A DNA stretch of 64,000 nucleotides from Escherichia phage EP02SG. The DNA is taken from sequence record PQ301181; one strand, 5' to 3'. Positions 45,111 to 54,332 of the stretch are shown piece by piece (positions within the stretch are counted from its first letter, which is position 1; every line of letters begins with the position of its first letter). The position numbers and the translations under genes are program-made. Below the pieces are notes generated by a model, which did not search any database, was not told the DNA's origin, and saw nothing but the letters and a program-made list of their open reading frames with translations.

Positions 45111-45283
45111 TATCCACATAGTACACCGTACAGAGGCTCATTTGAACTTTTAAATCGAATGGGCTTGTATGTAATAGTTCCTTCGGCTTTAGCTTTATCA
45201 TAAGACTCTTTAAAACGTCTCATTCTTTCTGCTTTGCCTTTACGGATTTTATCGAAATTTTCAGAGGTCAGGTCGTTCGTCAT
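45110..45283 (-). CDS. small hypothetical basic protein (57 aa)
   Basis: Hand-translated MTNDLTSENFDKIRKGKAERMRRFKESYDKAKAEGTITYKPIRFKSSNEPLYGVLCG; GAGGTG SD; followed by strong terminator; sits where T4 has alpha-gt. Confidence 0.3.
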   Translation of the reverse strand: MTNDLTSENFDKIRKGKAERMRRFKESYDKAKAEGTITYKPIRFKSSNEPLYGVLCG

Positions 45284-45322
45284 GCATAATCACCTCTCAG
45301 AAAATACCTAAATCGATTTCTC

Positions 45323-45529
45323 TCATCGTTTCCACCATTTCTTAACTTGAAATGAATCAACCCACACGAGTTGTTTTGGGTCTGCCTTTACAATAGGCGG
45401 ACAAATTTCTGTAATAGAACCGTCGTGATATTCCTTTTCGGAAATTTTAACACAAAGAGGACCTCCCAATTTAAGGGTGAATCCTGCGTTCAGATTAAGA
45501 CGTTTAAACTTTGTTTGAACTAGCGCCAT
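45323..45529 (-). CDS. hypothetical protein
   Basis: Track ORF 45323..45544, start uncertain. Confidence 0.35.
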   Translation of the reverse strand: MALVQTKFKRLNLNAGFTLKLGGPLCVKISEKEYHDGSITEICPPIVKADPKQLVWVDSFQVKKWWKR

Positions 45530-45827
45530 TAATGATGTCCTCAATAGCCTGACGAGTAGTAACCCACTGGATTTTAATTAACTTGTCATTATATGGTTGT
45601 CGTAGAATATCCCGAGATTTCTTAATAGCATATTCGTAAGCTTCGAAGTTGTTTTGAATTGCTGCTTCTTGAGCATGAGCATAAAGACGGTTTAGCTCAA
45701 AACGATTCTTTTTAAGAATCTTTTCGGATTTTTTACGTGCTTCAGCTTCATTTTTCTTTTGGATTTCTTGTAGCATTTTAGCTACTGCATCTTCTGCTTC
45801 TTTATTTTCAATAATCTCGGTAGTCAT
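45504..45827 (-). CDS. hypothetical protein (107 aa), helical/coiled-coil
   Basis: Track ORF. Confidence 0.45.
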   Translation of the reverse strand: MTTEIIENKEAEDAVAKMLQEIQKKNEAEARKKSEKILKKNRFELNRLYAHAQEAAIQNNFEAYEYAIKKSRDILRQPYNDKLIKIQWVTTRQAIEDIINGASSNKV

Positions 45828-45828
45828 A

Positions 45829-46044
45829 TTATCTCATTAAATTAAAATAAAAACGTCCATCCTCTTCAATACAGAACTCATACTCAACCGGAGTCCCATT
45901 TATCGAAAATGACACGTCATGTGGGTTCAAAGGGTCGATGTCAAAATTAATTTTAAATTCACGACCCAACAGTTTTACCAAATAAGGGATTGCTTCGTCA
46001 AAAGGTTCTTCTAAGTAGTTAGAGATGTCAATTGTCATCCTCAT
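45829..46044 (-). CDS. hypothetical protein
   Basis: Track ORF 45829..46122 trimmed; candidate ATGs overlap the end of gene 55. Confidence 0.35.
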   Translation of the reverse strand: MRMTIDISNYLEEPFDEAIPYLVKLLGREFKINFDIDPLNPHDVSFSINGTPVEYEFCIEEDGRFYFNLMR

Positions 46045-46585
46045 ATAAAAAATCCAAACTAGGCGAATCGCTAACAACTTCCTTCTTTTCAGCCCCAGGA
46101 GCTTTATAAGCGGATTCTTCATAATGCGTCATTTTATCGTAGATGTCTTGAATAAACGTTTCATCTACCAACGCTACCATATCATCGTCATGACTGTCGT
46201 AGACGTTATGAACGAAGTAACTATATTTCTTTGCAACTTCCTTACGCTCTTTTTTGATACGTTGGACAAAAGCATTAAAACAAGCTCGAGTTATGTATGC
46301 ATGTGGGTTATTGTACTTAGTTTCGTCGAAATTATGAAGTCCCTTAATAGAGGCTTCAATCCCATCTGCAATCATCTCCTGCTTCCAAGACTGGGTATAT
46401 CCTGAAAAGTTGAAACGTTTGGACAGGCCTTCGGCGATAAGCATAATTGCTAAACCGATGGTATCATTCTGACGAATAATTTTGTTTGGGTCTTTATTAT
46501 TTAAGAGCTCCTTTTTCCACTCGATTATAGCGGCGAGAAGCTCTTTATTATTCACATAGTTATTTTTAGGTTTTTGTTCAGTCAT
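46028..46585 (-). CDS. 55: late-transcription sigma factor gp55
   Basis: 185-aa track ORF; [63 protein letters not shown] near-identical to remembered T4 gp55. Confidence 0.9.
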   Translation of the reverse strand: MTEQKPKNNYVNNKELLAAIIEWKKELLNNKDPNKIIRQNDTIGLAIMLIAEGLSKRFNFSGYTQSWKQEMIADGIEASIKGLHNFDETKYNNPHAYITRACFNAFVQRIKKERKEVAKKYSYFVHNVYDSHDDDMVALVDETFIQDIYDKMTHYEESAYKAPGAEKKEVVSDSPSLDFLYEDDN

Positions 46586-46657
46586 AAGTACCTCTTAGCT
46601 CAATTCATAGGTCTATTATATCATAATATTTAGAGACCTATCTTAAAGCACGAGATA

Positions 46658-46927
46658 CTATCGGAGCAAACAATAAGCCTGAAACACTTTTTCCATTAAA
46701 CGTTTGAACTCATGGATATCGATATAAAGCTCAGTAAGACCGGCATTATAAAGAAAATCTAAAAAGTTCTCATGTGTTTCGTTATAGTCGCCTTCGTTTA
46801 ATTGAGATACATGAGTTTCCCAAAAACCAACACCTTTAACGAATGGAAAATACGTGACTTTCATGTATTCGTCAACATAAAATTCGCCCAGCTTTTCTTC
46901 AGTTATACTGATTCGAGCTAATTTCAT
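46658..46927 (-). CDS. hypothetical protein (89 aa)
   Basis: Track ORF. Confidence 0.45.
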   Translation of the reverse strand: MKLARISITEEKLGEFYVDEYMKVTYFPFVKGVGFWETHVSQLNEGDYNETHENFLDFLYNAGLTELYIDIHEFKRLMEKVFQAYCLLR

Positions 46928-47151
46928 TCTAGTTCCTTTGCTGCTTCAAGAGCATCATCCAACGAATCAAATTGGTCAACGAAATCGATATTCAACGCAT
47001 CGTCAGCCGTAGCATATAGCCACCATTGTTTGAATTCATATTCTAGGATAAATCCAAGCCCTTCAATCTGAGAAAGACCTAGGCTATTTGTACCAACTTC
47101 GTAACCAGCTAGACGCAGGTCATTAATCAAAGATTCTGTTAATACGCTCAT
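46924..47151 (-). CDS. hypothetical acidic protein (75 aa)
   Basis: Track ORF; ATGA-style overlaps both sides. Confidence 0.45.
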   Translation of the reverse strand: MSVLTESLINDLRLAGYEVGTNSLGLSQIEGLGFILEYEFKQWWLYATADDALNIDFVDQFDSLDDALEAAKELE

Positions 47152-47480
47152 TTTACCGCCTTAACAATTTTCAGGTCAACGAATTTTTTCTTACGTTGAT
47201 TTTTCATACGACGGATAGTCTTTTCAGAGATTTCATGTTTCTGATAAGCTTTAGATTCAACACCAAATGCAGCAACGTCAAATTCAGAAAGAATATATTG
47301 TACTAGAATTTCACGAATAGAATTACGTCCAATTTTCTGGTCGTGTTTTTGCATGATTTCATAAAGACGGAATTCCCACGCGTCAAGGACTTGAGGAGTA
47401 ACAATATTGCCGGATTCCAGAAGAGCAACAACTTTATCGAAAGCGAAAGAATTAACTACGTTTTTGATTTTAGTAGACAT
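47148..47480 (-). CDS. hypothetical protein
   Basis: Track ORF 47148..47510 trimmed to MSTKIKNV with GAGGAA SD. Confidence 0.45.
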   Translation of the reverse strand: MSTKIKNVVNSFAFDKVVALLESGNIVTPQVLDAWEFRLYEIMQKHDQKIGRNSIREILVQYILSEFDVAAFGVESKAYQKHEISEKTIRRMKNQRKKKFVDLKIVKAVK

Positions 47481-47546
47481 ATTATTTTCCTCGGTTATTT
47501 TATTATCCAATGAGAGAATTATACTCTGCTCTCAAGAGTTTATATA

Positions 47547-47786
47547 CTATTTTTTAAGCATGAAAAGTAAGTAATTTGTATCACGTGGAGTAATATCAAC
47601 ACCCATATCAAAGATGCCTTTATAGATTGGGTATTTATTTTCGGTTGTATCGAAGCTGAAACTATTTCCATCACAACTAACAGTAATAGCATCTGTTAAA
47701 ATGTCATACTCAATCCTAACAATTGAATCCCCAATTTTAACGTCGAGGTGTTTTTTGAATTTGATAAAATCTAATTCTTGGGCCAT
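47547..47786 (-). CDS. hypothetical protein (79 aa)
   Basis: Track ORF. Confidence 0.45.
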   Translation of the reverse strand: MAQELDFIKFKKHLDVKIGDSIVRIEYDILTDAITVSCDGNSFSFDTTENKYPIYKGIFDMGVDITPRDTNYLLFMLKK

Positions 47787-47849
47787 GATATTTTCCTCAT
47801 TTTAAGACGATAGGAAGATAATAACATGTCTTCCTATCGTCGTACATTA

Positions 47850-48050
47850 TTAACCTAACTTTTTAGCGCCTTTCCAGCCTTCATACATAGCTGCGCAAGT
47901 CAATAGCACGGCATGTTGGCATTCTTTGTATTTGTAAATCCAGAACCAACGTAAAAAGTCTTCGTCCTCAACACCATTGAGTTTCATATTGGCAAAGAAT
48001 TCGGCACGTTCTTCACGAAGTTGCCATGACACAATATTTTCAGGATTCAT
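47850..48050 (-). CDS. hypothetical protein
   Basis: Track ORF 47850..48062 trimmed to MNPENIV; overlaps upstream stop. Confidence 0.4.
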   Translation of the reverse strand: MNPENIVSWQLREERAEFFANMKLNGVEDEDFLRWFWIYKYKECQHAVLLTCAAMYEGWKGAKKLG

Positions 48051-48181
48051 TTTGTGTTCCACGCCCCATTTTCATCGATGAACTTAATCCAGTCATTTAC
48101 AGACCATTTAGTTGTATCACCCTTTGGATTAACATTTAAAGTATATAATCCCTGCTTAAAAAGCATTCGTTTGATATTCAT
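48047..48181 (-). CDS. small hypothetical protein (44 aa)
   Basis: Track ORF 48047..48274 trimmed to MNIKRMLF with GAGGAA SD; the track's N-terminal extension overlaps the preceding gene. Confidence 0.3.
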   Translation of the reverse strand: MNIKRMLFKQGLYTLNVNPKGDTTKWSVNDWIKFIDENGAWNTK

Positions 48182-48188
48182 AATTTCC

Positions 48189-48482
48189 TCAACTATAACG
48201 ATAACATTCATTAGCTTTACGTTTGGCTTCAGTATGAGAAGTATTATAATCATAATCTTCTTTACTGTAAACATCTTTTTTCAACTTACGAACTTCTTTG
48301 CGGAGTTGTCGATTCATTTCGTTCTTGACTTCGGAATCAACGCCTTTCATACGTTTCCATTTATCTGAGCGGAAAATGTTTTCAACCATGTCTTTGTGGC
48401 TAACACCGTCAGGAGCTTTACGTTTACCAAAATAGTCGTAATCACGAACTTTCAAATCTTTACGACGATACGTTTTACCCAT
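48189..48482 (-). CDS. hypothetical highly basic protein
   Basis: Track ORF 48189..48509 trimmed to MGKTYRRKD; Lys/Arg-rich. Confidence 0.4.
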   Translation of the reverse strand: MGKTYRRKDLKVRDYDYFGKRKAPDGVSHKDMVENIFRSDKWKRMKGVDSEVKNEMNRQLRKEVRKLKKDVYSKEDYDYNTSHTEAKRKANECYRYS

Positions 48483-48489
48483 AAGTACC

Positions 48490-48738
48490 TCAGAGGTTGA
48501 TTGATACAATGCGTTTGATAAAATTCACTTCACTTACTGAAAGGTCTTTAAGACCGATTGATTCTAAACGCTGAGTAAGCGTCAACATTGGGATATAGTC
48601 CCATTGTGTTTTAGACGTTTGATAAGTACGGACGCCATTAGCAATTTCAACATGCAAATCGGAAATGGTAACGAATACTGTACGCTCATCATTAACTTTA
48701 AGGGTTAGAACAACTTTCTTTGAATCTAAACTAATCAT
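48490..48738 (-). CDS. hypothetical protein (82 aa)
   Basis: Track ORF. Confidence 0.45.
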   Translation of the reverse strand: MISLDSKKVVLTLKVNDERTVFVTISDLHVEIANGVRTYQTSKTQWDYIPMLTLTQRLESIGLKDLSVSEVNFIKRIVSINL

Positions 48739-48917
48739 GGCTTAATTTCCTTCGCAATTGAACAGAAGATACCGCGGTCACAAAGCATTTCACCAATTTC
48801 TGGATATTTGATCGAACGGTACCAAACATCCAGGCTTGAAACTCTGGTTATCTGTACTGCATTACCGTTGACAGAATAGTACTGGTCGACCTTAATTTCT
48901 TTATCTTCAATTGTCAT
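48735..48917 (-). CDS. hypothetical protein (60 aa)
   Basis: Track ORF 48735..49079 trimmed to MTIEDKEIK (GAGGAA SD); upstream part of the track ORF is promoter sequence. Confidence 0.35.
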   Translation of the reverse strand: MTIEDKEIKVDQYYSVNGNAVQITRVSSLDVWYRSIKYPEIGEMLCDRGIFCSIAKEIKP

Positions 48918-48944
48918 TTTATTTTCCTCTATAGTAGATTGTTT

Positions 48945-48974
48945 AATCTTAACACATCTATTGAGGATGTAAAC
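48945..48974 (-). promoter_or_regulatory. T4-type early promoter
   Basis: rc: GTTTAC-N17-TAAGAT then GAGGAA SD. Confidence 0.4.
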
Positions 48975-49083
48975 TGTTTTATGAAAATATTTTTTGATTT
49001 GAGAGGGGCACAAGGAGATAGTGAAGTGAAGATTCCAATGGATTATATTAGAAATGAGATAAAGAAGACCAGGCGGCACCTGG

Positions 49084-49407
49084 TCAATCTTCTATGATAT
49101 CAGAGTCATATCCTAATGAAATCAAGGACTTTTTAAACTCTGCAATATTCTTTTGTTTCTTATCATTTAAAAATATGACAGGATAACGAATATTAAGTGA
49201 AGTGAATCCTGCACGTTTAGCAAGAGATACGATTAAAGGACGGTCATATTCAATCTTACCATTATTAGTGAGGACTTTATAAAATGTATAAGGAGCATTG
49301 AGCTCCTTTAAAAGTTTTGTAACAGTATAACATCCCGGACAACGTCCTACTTCTTCAGGGATGCCATAAATTTCAATCTTGTTCTTTAAGTTCGAGTTTT
49401 GTTCCAC
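49084..49407 (-). CDS. thioredoxin-fold protein (glutaredoxin/NrdH-like), CPGC active site
   Basis: Track ORF 49084..49536; redox motif EVGRCPGCY; proposed GTG start with AAGGAA SD because the domain has no ATG; a membrane-anchored longer form is an alternative. Confidence 0.45.
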   Translation of the reverse strand: MEQNSNLKNKIEIYGIPEEVGRCPGCYTVTKLLKELNAPYTFYKVLTNNGKIEYDRPLIVSLAKRAGFTSLNIRYPVIFLNDKKQKNIAEFKKSLISLGYDSDIIED

Positions 49408-49690
49408 GAGAAATAATTCCTTGGTAAGCCCAATAAGGAGGATTAACAGAATCCTCGCCAGAGTTTTCTTCAGGAAAATAAACCTGGATAACAAATCCAG
49501 ATTCATCAAAGGTAAAATAAACTGTAGGCAGTTCACCTAACAATTCGGCACGAGCATTAATTTCTTCGAGATCTCGTTCACGTCCAGCCCAAAAACTAGG
49601 ATTTAGATTACATTCGTAAAAATAATAGTCATTACCGAACATATCAAAACCTTTCCAACTCTCTACCACATACCGCTCAAAACTAATCAT
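49373..49690 (-). CDS. hypothetical protein (105 aa)
   Basis: Track ORF; overlaps the 5' region of the 150-aa track ORF out of frame. Confidence 0.4.
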   Translation of the reverse strand: MISFERYVVESWKGFDMFGNDYYFYECNLNPSFWAGRERDLEEINARAELLGELPTVYFTFDESGFVIQVYFPEENSGEDSVNPPYWAYQGIISRGTKLELKEQD

Positions 49691-49692
49691 AA

Positions 49693-49908
49693 TTAAGCCT
49701 TTTTATCAAGAACAGAATTCAGTTTATTAGTAATTTTGTCCAAACGTTCATTGAATTCGCTGGAGGATAAACCCTTTTCCGGAGAAATTAAACTAATCAA
49801 GAAAAATACAACAGTAAAAGGAATAAGAAAAATAGCTCCAACTGCCATAAACAAAAAGAACGTTACAGTTGTAAGAAAATCAGCTAAACCTTTACGAAAT
49901 TTATACAT
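49693..49908 (-). CDS. small membrane protein (71 aa)
   Basis: Track ORF; one or two TM helices. Confidence 0.45.
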   Translation of the reverse strand: MYKFRKGLADFLTTVTFFLFMAVGAIFLIPFTVVFFLISLISPEKGLSSSEFNERLDKITNKLNSVLDKKA

Positions 49909-50018
49909 ATTTACCCTTAATTAACTAAGCATTGATAAACACCAAACTATACTGCGAATAAAATTCTGGACCAAAACGAAAAATCATATCATTTATAGTA
50001 TCCATAATGTAATTCAAT

Positions 50019-50489
50019 TTAATCATGTTTCCACACCCCATCGGTATTTGACCAAAGTCGCTGATTATCTGATCCTCGCCACATCTTTTTAGTCGGAAGA
50101 TTTTTCTCATACTTCCCATCAATAATAACATCAACATATTTAAGCATTTCTAGTTGTTTAATATCTTCAAACTTATATCCTGTCCACAACCAAATGCTTT
50201 TATTGGGATAAAGATTTTTTACTGTTTGAGCAATGCAATGAACAACATCTCTGTTATCGGGATAGAGAGGGTCTCCTCCAGTTATAGTTAATCCTTCTAT
50301 ATAATCATTATTCAAACATTCAATTAATTGCTCTAGTGTTTCACCCGTGAATGGAATACCATTTCTAGCGTTCCATGTTGATTTATTATAACACCCTTCG
50401 CATTTATGCAAACAACCTGTAACGAAAAGAACGACCCTGCAACCAGGGCCATTCACAAAATCGCAAGGATAAAATCTATCATAATTCAT
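50019..50489 (-). CDS. nrdG: anaerobic ribonucleotide reductase activating protein NrdG (radical SAM)
   Basis: 156-aa track ORF; CLHKCEGC (Cx3Cx2C) and match to remembered T4 NrdG. Confidence 0.85.
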   Translation of the reverse strand: MNYDRFYPCDFVNGPGCRVVLFVTGCLHKCEGCYNKSTWNARNGIPFTGETLEQLIECLNNDYIEGLTITGGDPLYPDNRDVVHCIAQTVKNLYPNKSIWLWTGYKFEDIKQLEMLKYVDVIIDGKYEKNLPTKKMWRGSDNQRLWSNTDGVWKHD

Positions 50490-52303
50490 TGGTGTTTAAC
50501 CCTATGCATGATTTCTTTATTTTTGCCGAGATTAAATCCGCGTTCGTTAGGATTTCCAAGATAACCGCATGTTCTTCTTATGGTGTTCATCTTTTTAGGG
50601 TCAGTTTCTCCGCAAACTGAACAAACAAATCCGTTTTCAGTAGGAGTCATTTCATGGGTACTTCCACACGTAAAACATTTATCTACTGGCATGTTAACAC
50701 CAAAATAATCTAAATGTTGCGCAGCATAATCCCAGACAGCCTCAAGACCTTTTAAGTTATTTTTCATATCAGGAAGTTCAACATAAGAAATGTGTCCGCC
50801 AGTCGCAATGAAATGATATGGCGCTTCACGAGAAATCTTTTCAAACGGAGTAATATTTTCTTCTACTGAAACATGGAAACTATTAGTGTACCAGCCTTTA
50901 TCAGTAACATCTTTTACACTTCCATATTTTTCTGTATCAAGTTTACAGAAGCGATAACAAAGGTTTTCAGCAGGAGTAGAATACAAGCTAAAAGCAAAAC
51001 CGGTTCTTTCAGTCCACTGCTTAAGACGAGCATTCATTTTAGTTAAAATTTCCTGTCCAATATCACGTCCGACAAGAATATTCAATTCGTGAATACCAAT
51101 GTATCCTAAGGACACTGAACTTCTACCGTTTTTAAATAACTCAATTATATCGTCATCAGGTTTAAGACGAACCCCGAATGCACCTTCTTGGTAAAGAATA
51201 GGAGCAACTGTTGCTTTAACACCCTTTAAAGAACTAATTCTACACATCAAGGCTTCAAAACACAGATCCATTCGTTCATTAAATAGCTCAACAAATTTCT
51301 GTTCATTGAATTGTGTTCCAATATAAGAATCTAACGCAATACGAGGAAGATTCAGTGTTACAACACCAAGATTATTACGTCCATCAAGAATTTCATTACC
51401 GGTCGAATCTTTCCATACACTCAAGAAACTACGACAACCCATTGGAGAAACAGGAATAGATGAACCAGTGATAGCTTTATTGTTCTTAGCTGAAATAATA
51501 TCAGGATACATTCTTTTGCTTGCGCACTCTAGAGCAAGCTGCTTAATATCATAGTTCGGATCGTCTTTATAAAGATTAACACCTTCTTCAACGAACATAA
51601 CAAGCTTAGGGAAAATAGGAGTTATTCCATCACGACCAAGGCCTTTAATGCGGTTTTTAAGAATTGCCTTCTGAATAATTCGTTCAGTCCAGTCAGTTCC
51701 AGTACCAAATGTAATTGTCACAAAAGGCGTTTGTCCGTTTGAACTAAAGAGAGTATTTACTTCATACTCATAAGCTTGAAATGCATCGTATACGTCTTTT
51801 TCTGTTTTAGATTGGGCATAATTCAACGCATCAGCGATTTGCCATTTTTCTGCATCCTCAATATGTTTTGCATATGTGCGTTTAACATAAGGAGAAAGAA
51901 CTTTATCAACATTCGCAAATGTAGTTCCACCATACTGATGTGAAGCAACCTGTGCGGTAATTTGTGCCATAATTGCAGTAGCAACACCAATCGATTTAGG
52001 CGTTTCAATTTGAGCATTGCCTAATTTAAATCCGTTTTCAAGCATTCCTTTTAAATCTACTAAACAACAATTAGTAAATGGAAGAGCAGGGGAATAATCA
52101 ATATCATGGAAATGGATAATTCCGCTTTCATGTGCTTTCATAATAAAAGACGGGACCATATTTTTGGCAATGTGCTTAGACACAATACCAGCCATAAGGT
52201 CCCGTTGAGTTGGAAAAACACGAGAATCTTTATTAGCATTCTCGTTCAAAAGATCTTTATTAGTTTTATGAATTAATCCTTCAATTTCTTTTTCAATTTT
52301 CAT
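50486..52303 (-). CDS. nrdD: anaerobic ribonucleoside-triphosphate reductase NrdD (glycyl radical enzyme), intronless
   Basis: 605-aa single track ORF; C-terminal Zn ribbon CFTCGS...CSVCG and glycyl radical motif RRTCGYLG. Confidence 0.9.
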   Translation of the reverse strand: MKIEKEIEGLIHKTNKDLLNENANKDSRVFPTQRDLMAGIVSKHIAKNMVPSFIMKAHESGIIHFHDIDYSPALPFTNCCLVDLKGMLENGFKLGNAQIETPKSIGVATAIMAQITAQVASHQYGGTTFANVDKVLSPYVKRTYAKHIEDAEKWQIADALNYAQSKTEKDVYDAFQAYEYEVNTLFSSNGQTPFVTITFGTGTDWTERIIQKAILKNRIKGLGRDGITPIFPKLVMFVEEGVNLYKDDPNYDIKQLALECASKRMYPDIISAKNNKAITGSSIPVSPMGCRSFLSVWKDSTGNEILDGRNNLGVVTLNLPRIALDSYIGTQFNEQKFVELFNERMDLCFEALMCRISSLKGVKATVAPILYQEGAFGVRLKPDDDIIELFKNGRSSVSLGYIGIHELNILVGRDIGQEILTKMNARLKQWTERTGFAFSLYSTPAENLCYRFCKLDTEKYGSVKDVTDKGWYTNSFHVSVEENITPFEKISREAPYHFIATGGHISYVELPDMKNNLKGLEAVWDYAAQHLDYFGVNMPVDKCFTCGSTHEMTPTENGFVCSVCGETDPKKMNTIRRTCGYLGNPNERGFNLGKNKEIMHRVKHQ

Positions 52304-52773
52304 TTTAAACTCTTTCTAAGCTGCTTTTTGAATGAAGCTATTAATTGTGTTTTGGTATCAGATTCATTATATTCAAATCCTCTTTGAAGCATCTCAGCCA
52401 TCATTTCCTCTTTACCTAGTCTTGAGAACTCTTTAGTTTTGTCTGGAACAAAATTAGGATGGATATTATTATCAGAATAATCTTGTTTCAAATAAGCAAG
52501 AAGAGCTTCAAGCCATTCGAGGTAGTCGACATCACGTCCTTTAAGACCTGAACGGTTGAACTTATGCTTCATTTGACCTTCTGCTGCGTTGCACAGATTA
52601 CAGAGTAACCCACGAACTCTACCTGCTTTTGGCCCGTTTAATTCGTGGTCGTGGTCAAGATGGTTACCTTGAACATCAGGGTCTAATTCACGGTGGCAAA
52701 TAGGACACTTACCATTCTGTGCATCATAAAATTTTTGTTTTTCTTCTTTATATTTTGCGCCTGATAATAACAT
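52300..52773 (-). CDS. 49: endonuclease VII gp49 (Holliday junction resolvase)
   Basis: 157-aa track ORF; MLLSGAKYKEEKQKFYDAQNGKCPIC...HLDHDHELNGPKAG.VRGLLCNLCN near-identical to remembered T4 gp49. Confidence 0.9.
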   Translation of the reverse strand: MLLSGAKYKEEKQKFYDAQNGKCPICHRELDPDVQGNHLDHDHELNGPKAGRVRGLLCNLCNAAEGQMKHKFNRSGLKGRDVDYLEWLEALLAYLKQDYSDNNIHPNFVPDKTKEFSRLGKEEMMAEMLQRGFEYNESDTKTQLIASFKKQLRKSLK

Positions 52774-52812
52774 GATAAACCCTTACCTTAAATAGATAAG
52801 GGTATTTATAAT

Positions 52813-52992
52813 TTAATAAATGTTATAAAAGTCACGATGGAAACGTTTGTATTGGCGAATCATTCTTTTAGTAGGACGTGTTACCGAAATGATTGAAGTC
52901 CTCATGTTCGGATTGTTTGGAGCACCAATTATAACAAATTTCCAAGATTTTTGACCGTTTATTCTTTCGCCAAAAAATAATGCAGTTTTCAT
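52813..52992 (-). CDS. small basic protein (59 aa), paralog of 53417-53587
   Basis: Hand-translated MKTALFFGERINGQKSWKFVIIGAPNNPNMRTSIISVTRPTKRMIRQYKRFHRDFYNIY; shares TRPTKR...R..HR.FY C-terminus and nucleotide similarity with 53417-53587. Confidence 0.3.
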   Translation of the reverse strand: MKTALFFGERINGQKSWKFVIIGAPNNPNMRTSIISVTRPTKRMIRQYKRFHRDFYNIY

Positions 52993-53001
52993 AATAAGCC
53001 C

Positions 53002-53415
53002 TTAACTTAAACGTCTTTCTAAATATTCAATGTATTCCGCTGCGACTTGCATCAGATTACCTTCATAACCGTCATTATTTTCTTGGGCGGCTAATTTAGC
53101 TAAAGCATAAGAAATACGTTCACCTTCGAATTCGCCAAGTCCACCATCACAAACTACTTGGTCAATTTCTTCGAGTTCATCTATTGAATGGGATTCCCAG
53201 AAGCACCAAAGAGAAGTATCACGGTCATAGATGCAAAGTTTCTCACCTGTGTTCAACATCACTTCGATAATGCCATGGTCGCCATAACCACCTTCGGCAG
53301 TAGTACCAATTACCTTGATGAGTGTTCCTTTCTTTAATTCAGGAAACTTGACTTGTAGTTCTTCATCTTCTTTAACAATCTTGAACCATTTACCGCGAGT
53401 TTCAGAAATATTCAT
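53002..53415 (-). CDS. hypothetical acidic protein
   Basis: Track ORF 53002..53553 trimmed to MNISETRGKWF. Confidence 0.4.
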   Translation of the reverse strand: MNISETRGKWFKIVKEDEELQVKFPELKKGTLIKVIGTTAEGGYGDHGIIEVMLNTGEKLCIYDRDTSLWCFWESHSIDELEEIDQVVCDGGLGEFEGERISYALAKLAAQENNDGYEGNLMQVAAEYIEYLERRLS

Positions 53416-53416
53416 A

Positions 53417-53587
53417 TCAATATTCTCTATAAAAGTTACGATGAGAACGTTTAGCTTTGCGAAGCTGACGTTTAGTAGGACGAACTGTAAATGGTTGTCC
53501 AGAGAAAAAATTCGGATCGGTTTTAATAAGCAAATACCAATCATGCTTGCCATTTTTTAATAAACGGTACAATAATTTAACTTGCAT
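53417..53587 (-). CDS. small basic protein (56 aa), paralog of 52813-52992
   Basis: Track ORF 53417..53614 trimmed to MQVKLLYRLL; C-term FTVRPTKRQLRKAKRSHRNFYREY. Confidence 0.35.
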   Translation of the reverse strand: MQVKLLYRLLKNGKHDWYLLIKTDPNFFSGQPFTVRPTKRQLRKAKRSHRNFYREY

Positions 53588-53715
53588 AATAATCTCTTCC
53601 CATTTCCATATCAATTAATTCATTTATTGAAGGTTCATCATAACACGTTTCTTCGTCATTGTAAACTGTTTCGACGTCTGGCTCGACTGTCTCCCATCGA
53701 GCCGAATACCACGGT

Positions 53716-54072
53716 TTAACCCCGGAGTTTATTGAGCTCTTCATAATCAATCCAGGATTCTAGCCCTGAAGGCAGGTCACATTCAATGTTCCACAGAAGC
53801 TCTTCAATGGCTTGCAGGCGATTATATTCTTCAACGGTAATGGTAACCATTGGTGCAACCGGTTCTGCCTTTTTAACCATCATATCGTTCATCAGGACGT
53901 AAAGGTCATCACGAACGACAGTGTCGTTCCAACCCCATGATTTGGCTTCGTAAGCTAATGATGAAGGGAGCACATTTAAAACTTCAATAATAGTTGGAGC
54001 ATCAGGACCAAGTTCATTGGCACAAACTTCGTATACATCTTGGAAATCTTTAAGATTTAATGAATATGTCAT
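53716..54072 (-). CDS. hypothetical acidic protein (118 aa)
   Basis: Track ORF; stop overlaps nrdC start. Confidence 0.45.
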   Translation of the reverse strand: MTYSLNLKDFQDVYEVCANELGPDAPTIIEVLNVLPSSLAYEAKSWGWNDTVVRDDLYVLMNDMMVKKAEPVAPMVTITVEEYNRLQAIEELLWNIECDLPSGLESWIDYEELNKLRG

Positions 54073-54332
54073 TTAAAATATTCTCGTAGTTGGTCAAAGC
54101 CACCGATCGAAGTTCCATCAGGAGCAAACACTTGAGGCATAGTCAATCCGACTTGTGATTCACGTCCAAGCTTAACCAGAAGCTCAGCAATTTTCTCATC
54201 ATCGAACACACCTTTTTCTGGCATAACATTAATGAATTCGAATGGCTGTTTCTTAACAGTCAGCAATCGTTTCGCATTATCGCAATAAATGCATTTATGA
54301 ATAGTAGAGTCATACCCGTACACTTTAAACAT
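54069..54332 (-). CDS. nrdC: thioredoxin NrdC
   Basis: Track ORF 54069..54350 trimmed to MFKVYGYD; CIYCDNAKRLL...PQVFAPDG..IGGFDQLREYFK near-identical to remembered T4 NrdC. Confidence 0.85.
   Translation of the reverse strand: MFKVYGYDSTIHKCIYCDNAKRLLTVKKQPFEFINVMPEKGVFDDEKIAELLVKLGRESQVGLTMPQVFAPDGTSIGGFDQLREYFK

Noticed and set aside
48735-49079. Full-length 114-aa track ORF
   Set aside because: Its N-terminal half covers an early promoter (GTTTAC...TAAGAT) and SD; only the last 60 codons after MTIEDKEIK look coding.
49084-49536. 150-aa track ORF as one protein
   Set aside because: The first 43 codons overlap another ORF and the thioredoxin-fold domain begins after them; a GTG start with SD is more plausible, though a membrane-anchored long form cannot be excluded.
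49925-50137. 70-aa track ORF overlapping nrdG
   Set aside because: Mostly out-of-frame overlap with the well-supported nrdG; only 26-33 codons lie outside it and they have weak initiation signals.
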